Part shown: piece after piece, positions 1-13,813 of the stretch
Position numbering within the stretch: position 1 is the first letter of the stretch
How the letters are laid out: each line of letters starts with the position of its first letter
Assembly: GCF_001194135.2 (NCBI RefSeq)
Contig: NC_068987.1
Span: forward strand, 17,327,146 to 17,391,145
Source: Octopus bimaculoides
Lineage: Eukaryota
Length of the DNA: 64,000 bases
Direction of reading: 5' to 3'
Program-made: the position numbers and the translations under genes
The notes under the pieces: model-generated
The model's database searches: none
What the model was told of the DNA's origin: nothing
What the model saw: only the letters and a program-made list of their open reading frames with translations

Positions 1-2110
1 TATATATATATATATATATATATATCACACGCAGACAAGAAAGATGTATACGATCAATGAAATGTGATTTGGAGCAGCATCATTCCTGAATTGTATGCGT
101 AAAACACGAGAAACATGGAAGTGGATTTTCAACATTGCCAAGGTATCTGTTCTTTCGTATGGGCGTAGCGATTACTTGTGTCTTTGAAAATTCACTGGAA
201 GTACGATGTTTACGATCCACGAGCAACTTATCTTAAACACATAAATAAATAAATAAATAAATATCTTAAAGTAGTTCAGTATTCAGTAGAAATCAATTTG
301 GCCAGGAAACAGGTTCCATAGATATCAAGACATAGATATGCGAACAAATTTTAGTCTGGAGTTTGATGAGCAGCAAAGAATATCGAACGATAGAGGAATG
401 AACTTGATGTCAAGATTTTCATAAATTTATTCCATTAGTGGTTTTCAATGATGTTAGTATATTGTGGCTTGGAAAAGAAGTGGTCTATTATTTCAGTGGT
501 TTTGTTTTGTGTGTGTGAGTGCTGAAGAATGTAGCGGATGGTAGAGATTTCATCAATATCTTATCTTTTAATGATGGCCTGTTGTGAAAGATAATTGGTT
601 AGTGATAAATAAGCCGTTGTATTGATCATTATATCAGTTGTGTGGGAGGAGATTACGTTTAGCAAAGCCAGTGAAAATACGTGCAGGTCATGAGCATAAA
701 GAGTTTGACCTTTCAGAATCTATTGTTTGATAGGTCATGAATAATTAATTAATGTTTATTGTAGCAGTTAGCTATTACCAGTAGTAATGACAGGTGCGTA
801 ATCGGATTGACCTTTTAAAATCAGTTGCTGGTATTCTAGAGTAAAAAAAAAAGAAGAAAATATCTTAGCATACGTTTTTGTATTACACTGACGTTGAGCA
901 GCTGAAATCTCACGTTATCTAACATGGTATGAGAGTTTGATTTAAATATGTACATGTTCATGCGAGCACACATAAAAACTCAAAATATATCGTTAATAGA
1001 TAGTGTGAACGCAAATTTACTTAGTAAGAACGTTTAATTTTATTTTTCATTTTATTTATTTTTTCGTGTAATGTGTTCTCACATGTGTTTGTATTGTCCA
1101 CTCTATTTTGGCCACTTGTGTGCAATAAAGAAAGGAAATTAACTTAGTTGGAATTAGATTTAGAAATCTGAGGATGTATGGTAATGTGAACTGATGGTAG
1201 ACAAAGCAAGAATTTTTCTTTCAATGAATAATCAATGATTAATAGACCATCTTTGTTATTTAATTAATCCGGCATCATTATATATTAAATTAAAGGAGCA
1301 CACATTTTCATAGTTTGCCGGGGATATTCACGTTAGCGCTGTATATTAAACCAAATAAAATTGTATTTTACATTAATTTTATGTCTAAGAAAGCATAAAT
1401 CAGTATTTGACCTCAGTCAACCTCTTGGAGTACATGAGAATCAGTGAAGAGTCCCGAGAGAATACACCCGATATATTACGAACCAAAATTCTAGGTTATA
1501 TTTCACATTCTCTATTGCAGCTCCTGCATCTCAAAATTACTTGCCATCTTTTTAAACTGAAAATAAATGTTACGTAACCGAAGACTAAAATTTCAAATTT
1601 AAATTCTGACAATACATGCATAGGACGAAACTCCCACTAAAAGTTTTCAGGTTTAAGGAGTTGCAGCCGTTTGAACCTCTGAATGATACATTTCGTCACA
1701 ATTCAGAATACATTAAATGCTGTTATTTTTTCACGCATGCAAGCTAACCGCTCCATGTTGATCGTTGTAATGTTTTGAAACATTATTCTGCGACTTCTCC
1801 GACGAATTGTGAAACCATTAACTTCCATAAGTGAGCCATATAGACATGTTATGATAATACGACTTAATATTACTACCATTTGCACGAATATTATTTTCAG
1901 TCTTTCTTTTAAATAAATTTACTTCCACTCCAGACTATGATTTATTATCTTATTTGCAATATCAAAAATATCACTACCATATCTGTTATCTCATATTAAT
2001 GTAACAGTAAATCAGTAACTGATATTGCTATGCGCTTAGGAATTTCGATCAGAACCACATGAAACTGATATCGAAATGACTGGGACATTGGATTGAAAGA
2101 ATAATTATAG

Positions 2111-2255
2111 CGTTAGGCAAAACGCCTTACGGTATTTATTCAGATACTTTAAGTTCTGGGTTCATATTTCATCGAGTCGAGTTTTGGCATTAGTATTTAC
2201 AGATTCCCCTAACACTCACCTCCCAAAATCCGGCCTTGGGTCTATGTGATAAACG
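2111..2255 (+). mobile_element. Degenerate, internally deleted SINE family A copy
   Basis: gttctgggttcatatttcatcgagtcgagttttggc ... cccaaaatccggccttggg aligns loosely by eye to the B-box and tail of the copy at 18513-18724. Confidence 0.45.
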
Positions 2256-2668
2256 CTTATTGTACCGTTGACTTCCAACGCTGTCGTGTCCCAGTTTACG
2301 TCTCGTTCTTTAAATTAATCCATTTATTTAACAAATATTGTTTATAATTATTTTTAAATTATTGGTTGTGAAGTCGCTAATGAACATTTGTGGAAACTAA
2401 AAGCATTGTCGTAAAGTTATCTTTTTGAAATGACTTTTCGTTTGAGACTTTTGTTTAAATTGTTTAAAGATAATTATGCGTTAATATGACACCAATGAAA
2501 AATATCAGTGAATAAGATATTTAAGAATTTTTGTGGTAATATATTATTCCGCAATTATATAATTCAACACCATTATTAAATTATTAATCATATATATATG
2601 GTCCACAGTTTCTTCCCTAACCCCCACCTTCCAACGTGGACTGACAATACCTCACAGACTGAAAATAA

Positions 2669-3498
2669 TTGCTGTGTTTCTCCACTATTTACTAGTAGTG
2701 GACCAGCCCACTTCTCACTTGGGGGTGTCCGCCGCAACATTCCCCCTTTGAGATTTTTAATTCTTTCACAAGGCATTATTTTTTTTCATTTTTTTTCTTC
2801 CACATAGAATTATTTTTCTTTTCAGAATGCCACAGGTAGTACCAGTCTACATTGTTTACCGTAGCGCTACTAACACATAGCGACCTGACTAAAATCTTTC
2901 ACACGGACTTACTATTATTATTATTATTTTCTTTCACACAGATTTATTTTTCTCTTCAGAATGCCGCAGGTAGTACCAGTCTACATTGTTTACCGTAGCG
3001 CTACTAACACATAGCGACCTGACTAAAATCCTTCACACGGACGTAATATTATATATTATTTTTCACTGTATGTAGTTCGGTTCTGTGTTAGAGTTCCAGT
3101 TTTATCAGACATATTTTTCTTCAGAATCTGTTTTCAATAGAATTTATGCATTGTTCACTCTGTGTAGTTCAGTTTTGTGTTAGTTTAAATCCTATTTCGG
3201 GATATTTTACTCTGTGTATTTCACTTCCTTCTTCAATTTTTTCACTGCGAGTAGTTCTTCCATTTCGACATTCCTACGAGCGTTCGTGACCTCGTTACCA
3301 CTGTTATAATCACACCGTTATACAGTGGGGAGTACCCTCGTTGCCATTGATATGTCCCGCGTTATGACGACGTAACTCCATCACCTGCGTGACTAGCCTG
3401 TACGGCGTACCTCGGCGACTGACACTACTTGCTGTATCTGTCCACTATTTATTAGTAGTGGACCAGTCCACTTTCACTTGGGGCTGTCTACCACAACA
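2669..3498. repeat. Composite repeat: ~70-bp direct repeats (2669-2739, 3429-3498) enclosing a 134-bp-period tandem duplication (2821-2908, 2955-3042)
   Basis: ttgctgt..tccactatttaYtagtagtggaccagYccactt..cacttgggg occurs twice 760 bp apart; cagaatgccRcaggtagtaccagtctacattgtttaccgtagcgctactaacacatagcgacctgactaaaatc occurs twice, near-identical. Confidence 0.8.
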
Positions 3499-3553
3499 AT
3501 TTTCAATGTAATTATCTAATCTTCACCAAACGTTATGTCAGTATCATTGTCCA

Positions 3554-3645
3554 TTAAAAACGTTTAATTAATTATGTTTATATCTTGTACATTTGGATTT
3601 TAAAAACGTTTAATTAATTATGTTTATCTCTTGTACATTTGGATG
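3554..3645. repeat. 46-bp tandem duplication
   Basis: ttaaaaacgtttaattaattatgtttatMtcttgtacatttggat x2. Confidence 0.9.
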
Positions 3646-4504
3646 TTTCTTCTCTCCATTGTAATTTGTTTTATTAATATATCTCCTGTTACAATTTAAC
3701 ATTTTTAACGCTTGTGTTCATATCCAGATATTTAAAAAAAATATTTGGGTATTTATTTTACTATATAATTTTAACTACTTCCAAAGACATATTAAAGCGC
3801 CAGGCACGAACTAACGTGGATTTAAGCAACTAACACCTCTCCAATATTTCAGACTTGTAGCTGTATTGAATGCAATTGCCAGTTGTAAGCCTATCATTTC
3901 TACTGCTAACTGCCACAAGTCATATCAATTATACGTGATCAAGTGATAGTAAAGATCAGCAAATATTTACATTAACGTCACGCTGGAAAAAATGATCAGA
4001 AGAACTACTAATCATATACCAATTATATCCTTAACTCCGAGCAATCATTTCCATTTATGATCCATAATAAATTGCGAGATACCGACATTTGTAGACATTC
4101 ACCAAGACAAATGTACTTTATTATATTATCCTTATTCTATTCCATTTTATGTGATTATTCTACAAATTTTCTACTCTAAGATGCACTCACAAAAATCTAA
4201 GCACCCAGTTGCTATATTCATTCTTTAATATTCTCTATCAACCGACACTTCATTACCCAACCAACGTATGTTCGGCGGAAGTCGCCACATAAGGTCTGTA
4301 GATATTAACGGCTTTTACATTACGAAATGCTCCAGCGAGTAGAGCTTATGAATATTAACGTGCAAAGGTTTCAGCTTTGGATATCAACTATTTGAATGTC
4401 CTACAAAGTATTTTGGACACTTTGTATATAATATTCGATTCAACAAAGTTATAGATTTTATATGCCTGACACTTCGGTGAGAGTTATAGATGATTACAAC
4501 TAGC

Positions 4505-4630
4505 ATTTATTTTATCAACCCCCGTAAGGATGAAACGCAAAGTCGACCTCGGTGGAATTTGAACTCAGAGCATAAAGACGGACAAAATGTCGCTAATCAT
4601 TTTACTCGTCAGAATCATTGCCGCTTCGGA
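4505..4630 (-). mobile_element. SINE family A fragment
   Basis: aaggatgaaacgcaaagtcgacctcggtggaatttgaactcag is the reverse complement of the family A B-box plus central domain. Confidence 0.8.
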
Positions 4631-4649
4631 CACAGTACTTATCAGCATT

Positions 4650-4722
4650 TCGTCCACCACTTTACGTTTTGGGTTCAAGTTCAGTTTCCGATTTTGCCTT
4701 TCGTCTATTTCGGGGTCAATAA
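4650..4722 (+). mobile_element. SINE family A fragment
   Basis: tttacgttttgggttcaag...gattttgcctttcgtctatttcggggtcaataaa matches the family A core. Confidence 0.65.
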
Positions 4723-6427
4723 AGAAAAATGGCATTTGAGCAATGGATCAATCTCAGCAACATCATCAGTATCGTCGAACTTGATAATCCTGTGCCAAAA
4801 ATTAGAAAGTATTCTTAATCTGTATTTCGGTTATTTCAGCATTTTGTGCAGCTTTAATACAAAGCAAACAGCATGTCTTTGTGCTGAGGATACGTTGACT
4901 ATTGACTATAATTAGTGGTCTATAATTAATAATGTATATATAACCGTTTGAATACTTATACAAATCCATAGATAGTGTCACTAGTGAAAGTAGCACGTGT
5001 CTGTATGTTTCATTGAAATCTCATACCGAGAAACACGATGGAGTCTTGAAAGATATAAATAAATTATTTATTACATATATATTATTTCACGTATGTAAGT
5101 TTGTATACAGTATAGTTATATAACACTATTTAAATTATCGGATTCCGAATTTTTAACATGATTGCTTAGTATAGAAAATATTTTCTTTATACCAACAATA
5201 TGTACGTAGATACACATACACATATACACTTCACGAGAAAGATAGAAATGCACACAGAAATATTTATGCAAATATGTATATACCCATTTGTGTATATACA
5301 TATATATATTTTTTTTACACTATATATTTTTATACATACACATGGTAACAGAGATACACGTAGGCATGTCTATATATCTCTATATATTTGTATATGTTTG
5401 TGACTGTGCGAGAGTGTGTCTGTGTGTGTCCGTCTGTTTGTAGGTGTGTGATTTAATTTTGAGTTTTGTACGTTCCTCTGTGTATTTATCTGCGCATATG
5501 TATCCAAATAAATCAACTTAAATTTTCAAGATAAGCATATAAATATTTACGCATCTGCCCACATACACCCATATAAAACTACCTACACAAATAGACACAC
5601 ATACCCACACAAATTCACACACCCACACATAAAATTATTCAAGAATATACTGAAATGCTAGCTCAACAAAAATTTTATATATTTCAAACAAAATGCTAGT
5701 AGCGTATGTGTTTTTTTTAAATATATTAATGAAACAACAAGTTTTATATATATTTAAAATATATTTACAAGCTGGTCTAACTTTATGAATCTATGACAAA
5801 CTAATCAGGCTGGCAATCCATCACCGAGTAATTCAATTTAGCGTCTAATCAATCATTTTATCGATCCTTCTATATTTTTAGTATTACCGGCTTGTATGTG
5901 CGTATGTAGTAATGTATATATTTATGCGTATATATGTATACACATGCACATACACGCACACACATTCGTATATATACATCTCTCTAGACATATATNNNNN
6001 NNNNNNNNNNNNNNNNNNNNNNNNNNNNNNNNNNNNNNNNNNNNNNNNNNNNNNNNNNNNNNNNNNNNNNNNNNNNNNNNNNNNNNNNNNNNNNNNNNNN
6101 NNNNNNNNNNNNNNNNNNNNNNNNNNNNNNNNNNNNNNNNNNNNNNNNNNNNNNNNNNNNNNNNNNNNNNNNNNNNNNNNNNNNNNNNNNNNNNNNNNNN
6201 NNNNNNNNNNNNNNNNNNNNNNNNNNNNNNNNNNNNNNNNNNNNNNNNNNNNNNNNNNNNNNNNNNNNNNNNNNNNNNNNNNNNNNNNNNNNNNNNNNNN
6301 NNNNNNNNNNNNNNNNNNNNNNNNNNNNNNNNNNNNNNNNNNNNNNNNNNNNNNNNNNNNNNNNNNNNNNNNNNNNNNNNNNNNNNNNNNNNNNNNNNNN
6401 NNNNNNNNNNNNNNNNNNNNNNNNNNN

Positions 6428-6467
<40 letters not shown>

Positions 6468-6997
6468 AGAGGAGAGAGAGTAAGGGAGGGAAAGATAGAA
6501 TGGGCAGAGTTAGAGAGATCGAAAGAGGACAAGCAGATAGGCAGAAGAATAAGTTGGAAAAATTAGAAAGATCATAGGATACAAATGAGAATGTGAAATA
6601 TAAAAAATAAGAATGAGAACTGTAAATGATTAATTAACGTTATTTCAGTTGGGTTGATAAGTACAATTTACTTTCTAATTTTGTGACAGACGCGAGACTT
6701 TTATTATTTTGATATCAGTACATTTAAAAAAAATTCTGTAGAGAGTTCGTCAAAGGTTTCGTAAATTCCAAATTCCTCTGTTTGTTTCGTTGGAGGAACA
6801 AAACGAAAAATCTTTCTAATCCTTTTTTAATATAATCCACCGCACCATAAAAACAATCATACGTAAACTCTTCGAAAAAATATTAATAAGTTACAAAACT
6901 TAGAGATTATTTCTTTCTCACCTTAACTTTGTCCACTCTAACGCCATCAATTCACAAATATCCCCTTTCAGAAGCCAATAAAGAGGTATCATAGTCT

Positions 6998-7332
6998 TTT
7001 ACTTATTACAGCCATTTGACTGTGGCTATGCTGGAGCAACACCTTTTAGTCCAAGAAATCGACCCCAAACTTATTTTTGTAAGCCTGGTGCTTATTCTAT
7101 GGGTCTCTGCTGACGAACCGGTTGTCATGCGATTGTGGGAGGCATGCAGATACAAAAAACACACGCATAAATGTATACATACACACACACACACACATTT
7201 ATATATATACGACGAGCTTCTTTCAGTTTCTGTCTACCAAATCCACTCACAAGGCTTGCCCAAGGTGTCACGCAGCGGGACTGAACCCGGAATCATGTGT
7301 TTGAGAAGCAAGCTTCTTACCACACAACCACA
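6998..7332 (-). mobile_element. tRNA-derived SINE family B (head, internal CA/TA microsatellite, tail)
   Basis: Reverse complement of 7255-7332 gives gtggttgtgtggtaagaagcttgc...ccgggttcagtcccgctgcgtgacaccttgggcaag with A-box and B-box-like motifs; body matches the copies at 16655 and 17115. Confidence 0.85.
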
Positions 7333-7334
7333 CA

Positions 7335-7700
7335 ATGTTTTCATTTATTTAACATCAAAAAGTTATGTAAAATTAACCCTCAGACTCAAACTACAAATCG
7401 CTTCCGACATATACAATCAGAACTGTCCAATCATCTAAGCAATATCACAAACAATATAACAGAAAACATTACTTTACGTTTATCTATCCTATCGCATTTC
7501 TCTCATTATTTTCAAGTCTGCAGCATCGACTAACAATTCTGATTCACCACTGATAAATGTCTCCCTTTTCTTTATACAATTCCATTCACTTCCCACTGTT
7601 AATTTCTCACCTTTTCTCATTTTCCTCTATTACTATGCGTCTTTCTTCAATTACCAACTCTCATATCATAATATATTCAACAGCCTCTGAAAAGTTTCTG
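7335..7700 (+). mobile_element. Possible decayed Penelope-like GIY-YIG remnant with pyrimidine-rich 3-prime tail
   Basis: Frame reads CKINPQTQTTNRFRHIQSELSNHLSNI...LSHF, loosely like C..YVGQT..RF..H..NI...L..HF, then a CT-rich tract as at 44160-44330. Confidence 0.3.
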
Positions 7701-7818
7701 AAATACAATTTAAAATTTGAAATATAAATAAGACCAATTATGATACTCCATTCATAATATTGATTTTTTTTGTATCTGTCTAGTCTGTACCTACAGTTCA
7801 ATAAGTTCATTTTACACA

Positions 7819-7849
<31 letters not shown>

Positions 7850-8028
7850 TGTATGTATGTATAAATATATATATATATATCTATATATACACAGACAGAA
7901 AAACATATACCAACCACAAATATGTAAATATGTACATTTTTGTGTGTCTGAGCGCGTGCGTGCGTGTGTGTATGTGATTATATGCATGTGTGTGCGTGTT
8001 CATTGTATTTGTGTACATATACGTTTGC

Positions 8029-8066
<38 letters not shown>

Positions 8067-11000
8067 AACTCTATTAATCGCTAACAAATTTCAGTAAGTC
8101 TGGTTGTGCTACCATGGTACGTGGTCACTAAGTGCTTAGTCTGTCATATGAACCCAACTTGTTGCTTTAATTTGGTACATAATTCATCGATTTGCATGGG
8201 TAGAAATGCTCAATTGCAGTATAAGAAATAAAAAACACAGAATCATTACAAACGCACTGATATATCACTACATAAATATAATTGTACACACGATAGTGTT
8301 CTGTATTGTTTCTTGTTACTAAATTATTACTAAAATACCATTATAAGGTATCAATAAATCTCATAAATATATATCGTGTGTACAATTATATTATAGGAGA
8401 ATTGGTGAGATATTTACATGTTTAGATATTAGTTTGAAATGTTTTTTTTTTATGCTTATAAGATTTTGAGCTTGCATAGACTCACTCGTTCAGTTCTTCA
8501 GCTCAGAATTTGGTCTATTGTGGTTATGGTTTTAGCGAAGTTCAAAGCAGCTAAAAGAATAGCTTTTGTTATTGACGTGAAATAATCTCCTAAGCGAAAC
8601 CCTTTAGCATGAATATACTCTTTCACACATAACCATACCAAAGTAACAACAAACCCTGCCAACATCTTTACTGACGTATCCCACGTCTTCGCATTTAGGG
8701 GCCAAAATGTTAGAATTCATAAAAGGGATATGGGTGGTTCGAGGGTCCCTTATTTTAGAGTTAACATTAACAAGTGTAAGTTGTATATAAGAGAATCTCT
8801 TGCCATCCTTAGGTCCTTTGGGCTTAAAGCATTAAATAAATTTACAGAGGTGATCACTTTCCGCAACCATAAGTTTTCTTTTACTTATCTGAAAGCATAC
8901 AGGAGTAAAGCTAGATGTGGTAAATAGTATTCAGTTTGTTTACTGGGTTTCGAAACCGGATAGTAAAAATTCCTATGATCAGCAGACAGCTATCTGTTTA
9001 GCCATAAAGTATTTTAAAAAAATTTTTTGGTCTTAGAAAATTTTGGACTGGTCTTGCTACAGGTTATTATCTTTAAATTATGTTCCTTAGCCGTTTTGTA
9101 ACTCTTGTGAACGACTAATTATTGAGATTCCTGTTCATTGATGAGATGCACTTTAACTCGTAATCGGACCGCGGCAGTGAACTCCCGAAATACCCATAGA
9201 TGTGTTTTAACTTGATTTTGTAGAATTCTCTCACGCTATTTTGACATATCTTTAATTGAGAGGAGTACAAACTTTTTTTTAGTCGATTGATATATTTTTG
9301 AAGGTTGTTTAGTCGCCTGACACGCTTTAGTAATTCATTTTGGTTACTTATTTTTAGTCGATTGTATATACCTTTTCTGGATACGCCATTCTGTATATTT
9401 GCATTTTTATGTACATATATATTTTTTACCTTCTGTGTTTTTACATATGTATTCTTTCATATGTTGAAGGCCATGGTAATATTTATATATGATCAAATGT
9501 ATGCAAGTGTGGTGTTATATAAAGTTGTTAACTAGAATTTGATGTTTGTTCTCACACATACACACGCTCACGCAAATAAACACAGTGATAAACTGAACGA
9601 ACCACTGTCAGCGCATTTGCTCGTTCATATTTAAAATATTGAACATTGATTTCTATCTACATTCAGATGTTTATTCATAAAACCATTTACGTAGAATTTC
9701 CTGTATATGTGTAACATTTTAATCTTCATTATGCTTACAACATCGTTAATGGTAACCTTCAATAGCTTTCCTTTAGTACAAAACGATACTCATTGCTTAA
9801 GTAATCGGCAAATATTTAAGCTCTACTTTACTTTTGGGTGGGCACCTTTTCCATGACACTTGTATATATATTAATACATTCTCTACCACACATCTGAAAG
9901 CACATAACCAAACACATATTTACTGAAGTTAAATCACAGAATACTCATGTACATACACATGGACAAACACTTCAGAGTTAATTATGTATGTACTATCAAA
10001 CTCTAACATGCAGCTGCATATATTCAACAATAAAGCATGCACATGAAACTATCTGTAAATACTGAAATACAAATATAATTAATAGTAAAAGATATAATAT
10101 TCAGTTTCAATTTTGAAGTGAAAGCAGTTCTAATAATGTAAACGTCCTGGATGAACACATACTTAAAGAATGTGTGTGTTTTTTGTACTTATATATACGT
10201 ATACAGATATATATGTATATATACAGATATATATGTATGCATACAGATATATATGTATGTATACAGATATATATATATATATATATATATNNNNNNNNNN
10301 ATATAATTATATATATGCAGAGACAGAGAGACAGAGAGGGAAAGAGCGTGTATGTGTCTGTGTAAGTGTATGTTGAGTGTATATGTGTGTTTTGTTGTGT
10401 GCTTATATATGTGGGCAGATATGAGCAGTACATCGGCTACGTTATACGCATACACATTTAGTCGAAGTTAAACAACCAAACATTTAGCCATAGTAAAACA
10501 AAGTAAGGTATGGGAATGACCTATACCTTATAAAACCCGAGGCATATCATAGAAAAGTTTCTTTACATGCAATGACTATAACAATATATATAATTTATAT
10601 CCTAAACACGTCATATCACCATTATCATAACTTCTTTAATTCACTCATTCAACTCTGTCAATTAATTAGCACTTAATTTTCACACATGCTTAAGTTATTA
10701 CCTTCAACCTCATGATTATCCTCGAGAGAATATTTCAAACTCATTATTTGTCAAATACTTTTCGAAGAAATGTTTCATTCTGTAGAAGTTCATATGAATA
10801 TTCATAATTCTTTTTCCAATTTTCTAATCGAATATTTATATACTTCACACTATTTTTATTTATACTTACAGTTAACACGTTGTTTTATGGCAATATGTTG
10901 ATCCAATAATTCCTACAGCGTTTGTTCACTGTGATGCAAAAATATATTCAATAGCATTATGCAAAAGTACATAAAAGTTTCGTGCACCATAAGTCAAGAC

Positions 11001-11301
11001 ATCTGAAGATCGGAAAACATGAATGCATTTAAAGACCAAACGATCAGATGTCAATGAATAATTGCTGATGACTAGTAACATGAAGTCGACGAGAAAGTCT
11101 ATTTCATACAAGCATTGCAACAATAGCTATTATTAACATACGCACACAGATTCACATACATAGGTACATGAATACTTAAATGCATACATACATTCATACG
11201 TTTATACATACATATATCTCTATATTTGACACTGCTGGCCTTCCTGTCATTCTCCCTTTCTTCTGTAAATATGTATACAAAGATACATAAATATACATAC
11301 A

Positions 11302-11362
<61 letters not shown>

Positions 11363-11492
11363 ATATATATATGTATGCATGTATGTATGTATGTATATAT
11401 ACATTGTATTCATATATATTGTATTTATCCACGTCTGTTCATATATGAGTGCGTATCTATATATGTATGTCTAAATACTGTGCAATCAGTAG

Positions 11493-11557
<65 letters not shown>

Positions 11558-12568
11558 NNNNNNNNNNNNNNNNNNNNNNNNNNNNNNNNNNNNNNNNNNN
11601 NNNNNNNNNNNNNNNNNNNNNNNNNNNNNNNNNNNNNNNNNNNNNNNNNNNNNNNNNNNNNNNNNNNNNNNNNNNNNNNNNNNNNNNNNNNNNNNNNNNN
11701 NNNNNNNNNNNNNNNNNNNNNNNNNNNNNNNNNNNNNNNNNNNNNNNNNNNNNNNNNNNNNNNNNNNNNNNNNNNNNNNNNNNNNNNNNNNNNNNNNNNN
11801 NNNNNNNNNNNNNNNNNNNNNNNNNNNNNNNNNNNNNNNNNNNNNNNNNNNNNNNNNNNNNNNNNNNNTATATATATATATATTTACATATATATATATA
11901 CATGAATCTGAAAGCGAACACAGGTATAGAGACAGAAACGTAACTGTATGGACATAGGGAAGCATTGAGAATCTTACGAATATATCAGTATTTGATATTT
12001 AATATGATGTTTCCACCTTGGGAAATATGATTTTCAATAACCGGAATGTACAGCGCGTAAATTTCGAGTAATATCACGAAAATATAATAAGCGACGAGTG
12101 AAATGTATAAATTTTTGAAGCTGCCATGTTTGCCAATTAATCTTAATTTTGAATATACACGGAAGTTCTGAGTTATGTAATTATACAGAAATACAACCAG
12201 CCAGGACTATATGGCAGCTGCACCTGCACACTAACATAAAGGCAGTTATACATACACACATACACACACAAAATATACACTCGGATACACACATACGTAT
12301 ATACACATACACTTATATGTTATGATTATTATTGTTATTGTCGTTGTTGTTATAAGCATAAAATAGGCAGACGAAGTGAAACGTAGAGGGTAAAGAAGTG
12401 GGCTGAGGAGACGTATATACAATTATATAAAATTTATAAACTACAGCAATAAACGTATATACAAAACTATATATATTAATATAAATAAATTCGTTCTGTA
12501 TTCTCACACGGAGAAACGCGTATATAAACATATACGTGTAAAGGTATACACATACATACACACATGGA

Positions 12569-12601
<33 letters not shown>

Positions 12602-13076
12602 TATATATATNNNNNNNNNNNNNNNNNNNNNNNNNNNNNNNNNNNNNNNNNNNNNNNNNNNNNNNNNNNNNNNNNNNNNNNNNNNNNNNNNNNNNNNNNN
12701 NNNNNNNNNNNNNNNNNNNNNNNNNNNNNNNNNNNNNNNNNNNNNNNNNNNNNNNNNNNNNNNNNNNNNNNNNNNNNNNNNNNNNNNNNNNNNNNNNNNN
12801 NNNNNNNNNNNNNNNNNNNNNNNNNNNNNNNNNNNNNNNNNNNNNNNNNNNNNNNNNNNNNNNNNNNNNNNNNNNNNNNNNNNNNNNNNNNNNNNNNNNN
12901 NNNNNNNNNNNNNNNNNNNNNNNNNNNNNNNNNNNNNNNNNNNNNNNNNNNNNNNNNNNNNNNNNNNNNNNNNNNNNNNNNNNNNNNNNNNNNNNNNNNN
13001 NNNNNNNNNNNNNNNNNNNNNNNNNNNNNNNNNNNNNNNNNNNNNNNNNNNNNNNNNNNNNNNNNNNNNNNNNNNN

Positions 13077-13120
<44 letters not shown>

Positions 13121-13742
13121 TATATACATACATACATACACACGCATATATATATGTACATATATATACATATATATGAATGTATGTGTATATATGTATA
13201 TATATGCATGTATGTGTATATATTTAGCATACACACACACACAGACATACACACACACACAGACACAAACACACACACACACACACATATATGTTTAGTA
13301 CATTTGTGTACTTCTATTTACTTACACATGTTTATAACCCCATGCAAATATATACACGCTGGTAATATTCATAAATATAATTATGTAAACTGCGATAAAT
13401 CCGGCCATTAAAGGAGAAGCAATAATCTAAACGTAATTATTAGAACATTCTCATAAATTTGGCCATTAAAATGATTCAGCTGCCTTCATGAAAGAAAAAA
13501 AAAAAGCATAATGGAAAAACGTGTAACTTTCCAATTATATGAACGGAACATTCTGTCGGAATGTCTACGTTATATAACGTGATGAATGACTCTGCCTATA
13601 TGTGTGTATGCGTGAATGTGTAACAGTTTTATGCATAATATGTGCAAATATATATATATAAATATATGTTTATATTTTGCTCATGCTTACTTGCATATAT
13701 ATATATATATGCATGTGAGTATGTATATGCTTATATATGTAC

Positions 13743-13813
13743 CTTGTATAGATATGTATTCACTGGGGCGTCTTCGTTCTGTAACACGAGGATTCGCCAT
13801 ATTTTCCATCAAC
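13743..13813 (-). CDS. Candidate short exon (VDGKYGESSCYRTKTPQ-stop, or LMENMANPRVTERRRPSEYISIQ in another frame)
   Basis: Acceptor ctgatattctgtcag, donor CAAG|gtacat, GC-elevated island between AT microsatellites; no homology recognised. Confidence 0.25.

Noticed and set aside
8490-8720. 72-codon open minus frame ILTFWPLNAKTWDTSVKMLAG...LNFAKTITTIDQILS
   Set aside because: Bounded by stops with no usable splice sites or recognisable domain; possibly an old LINE piece
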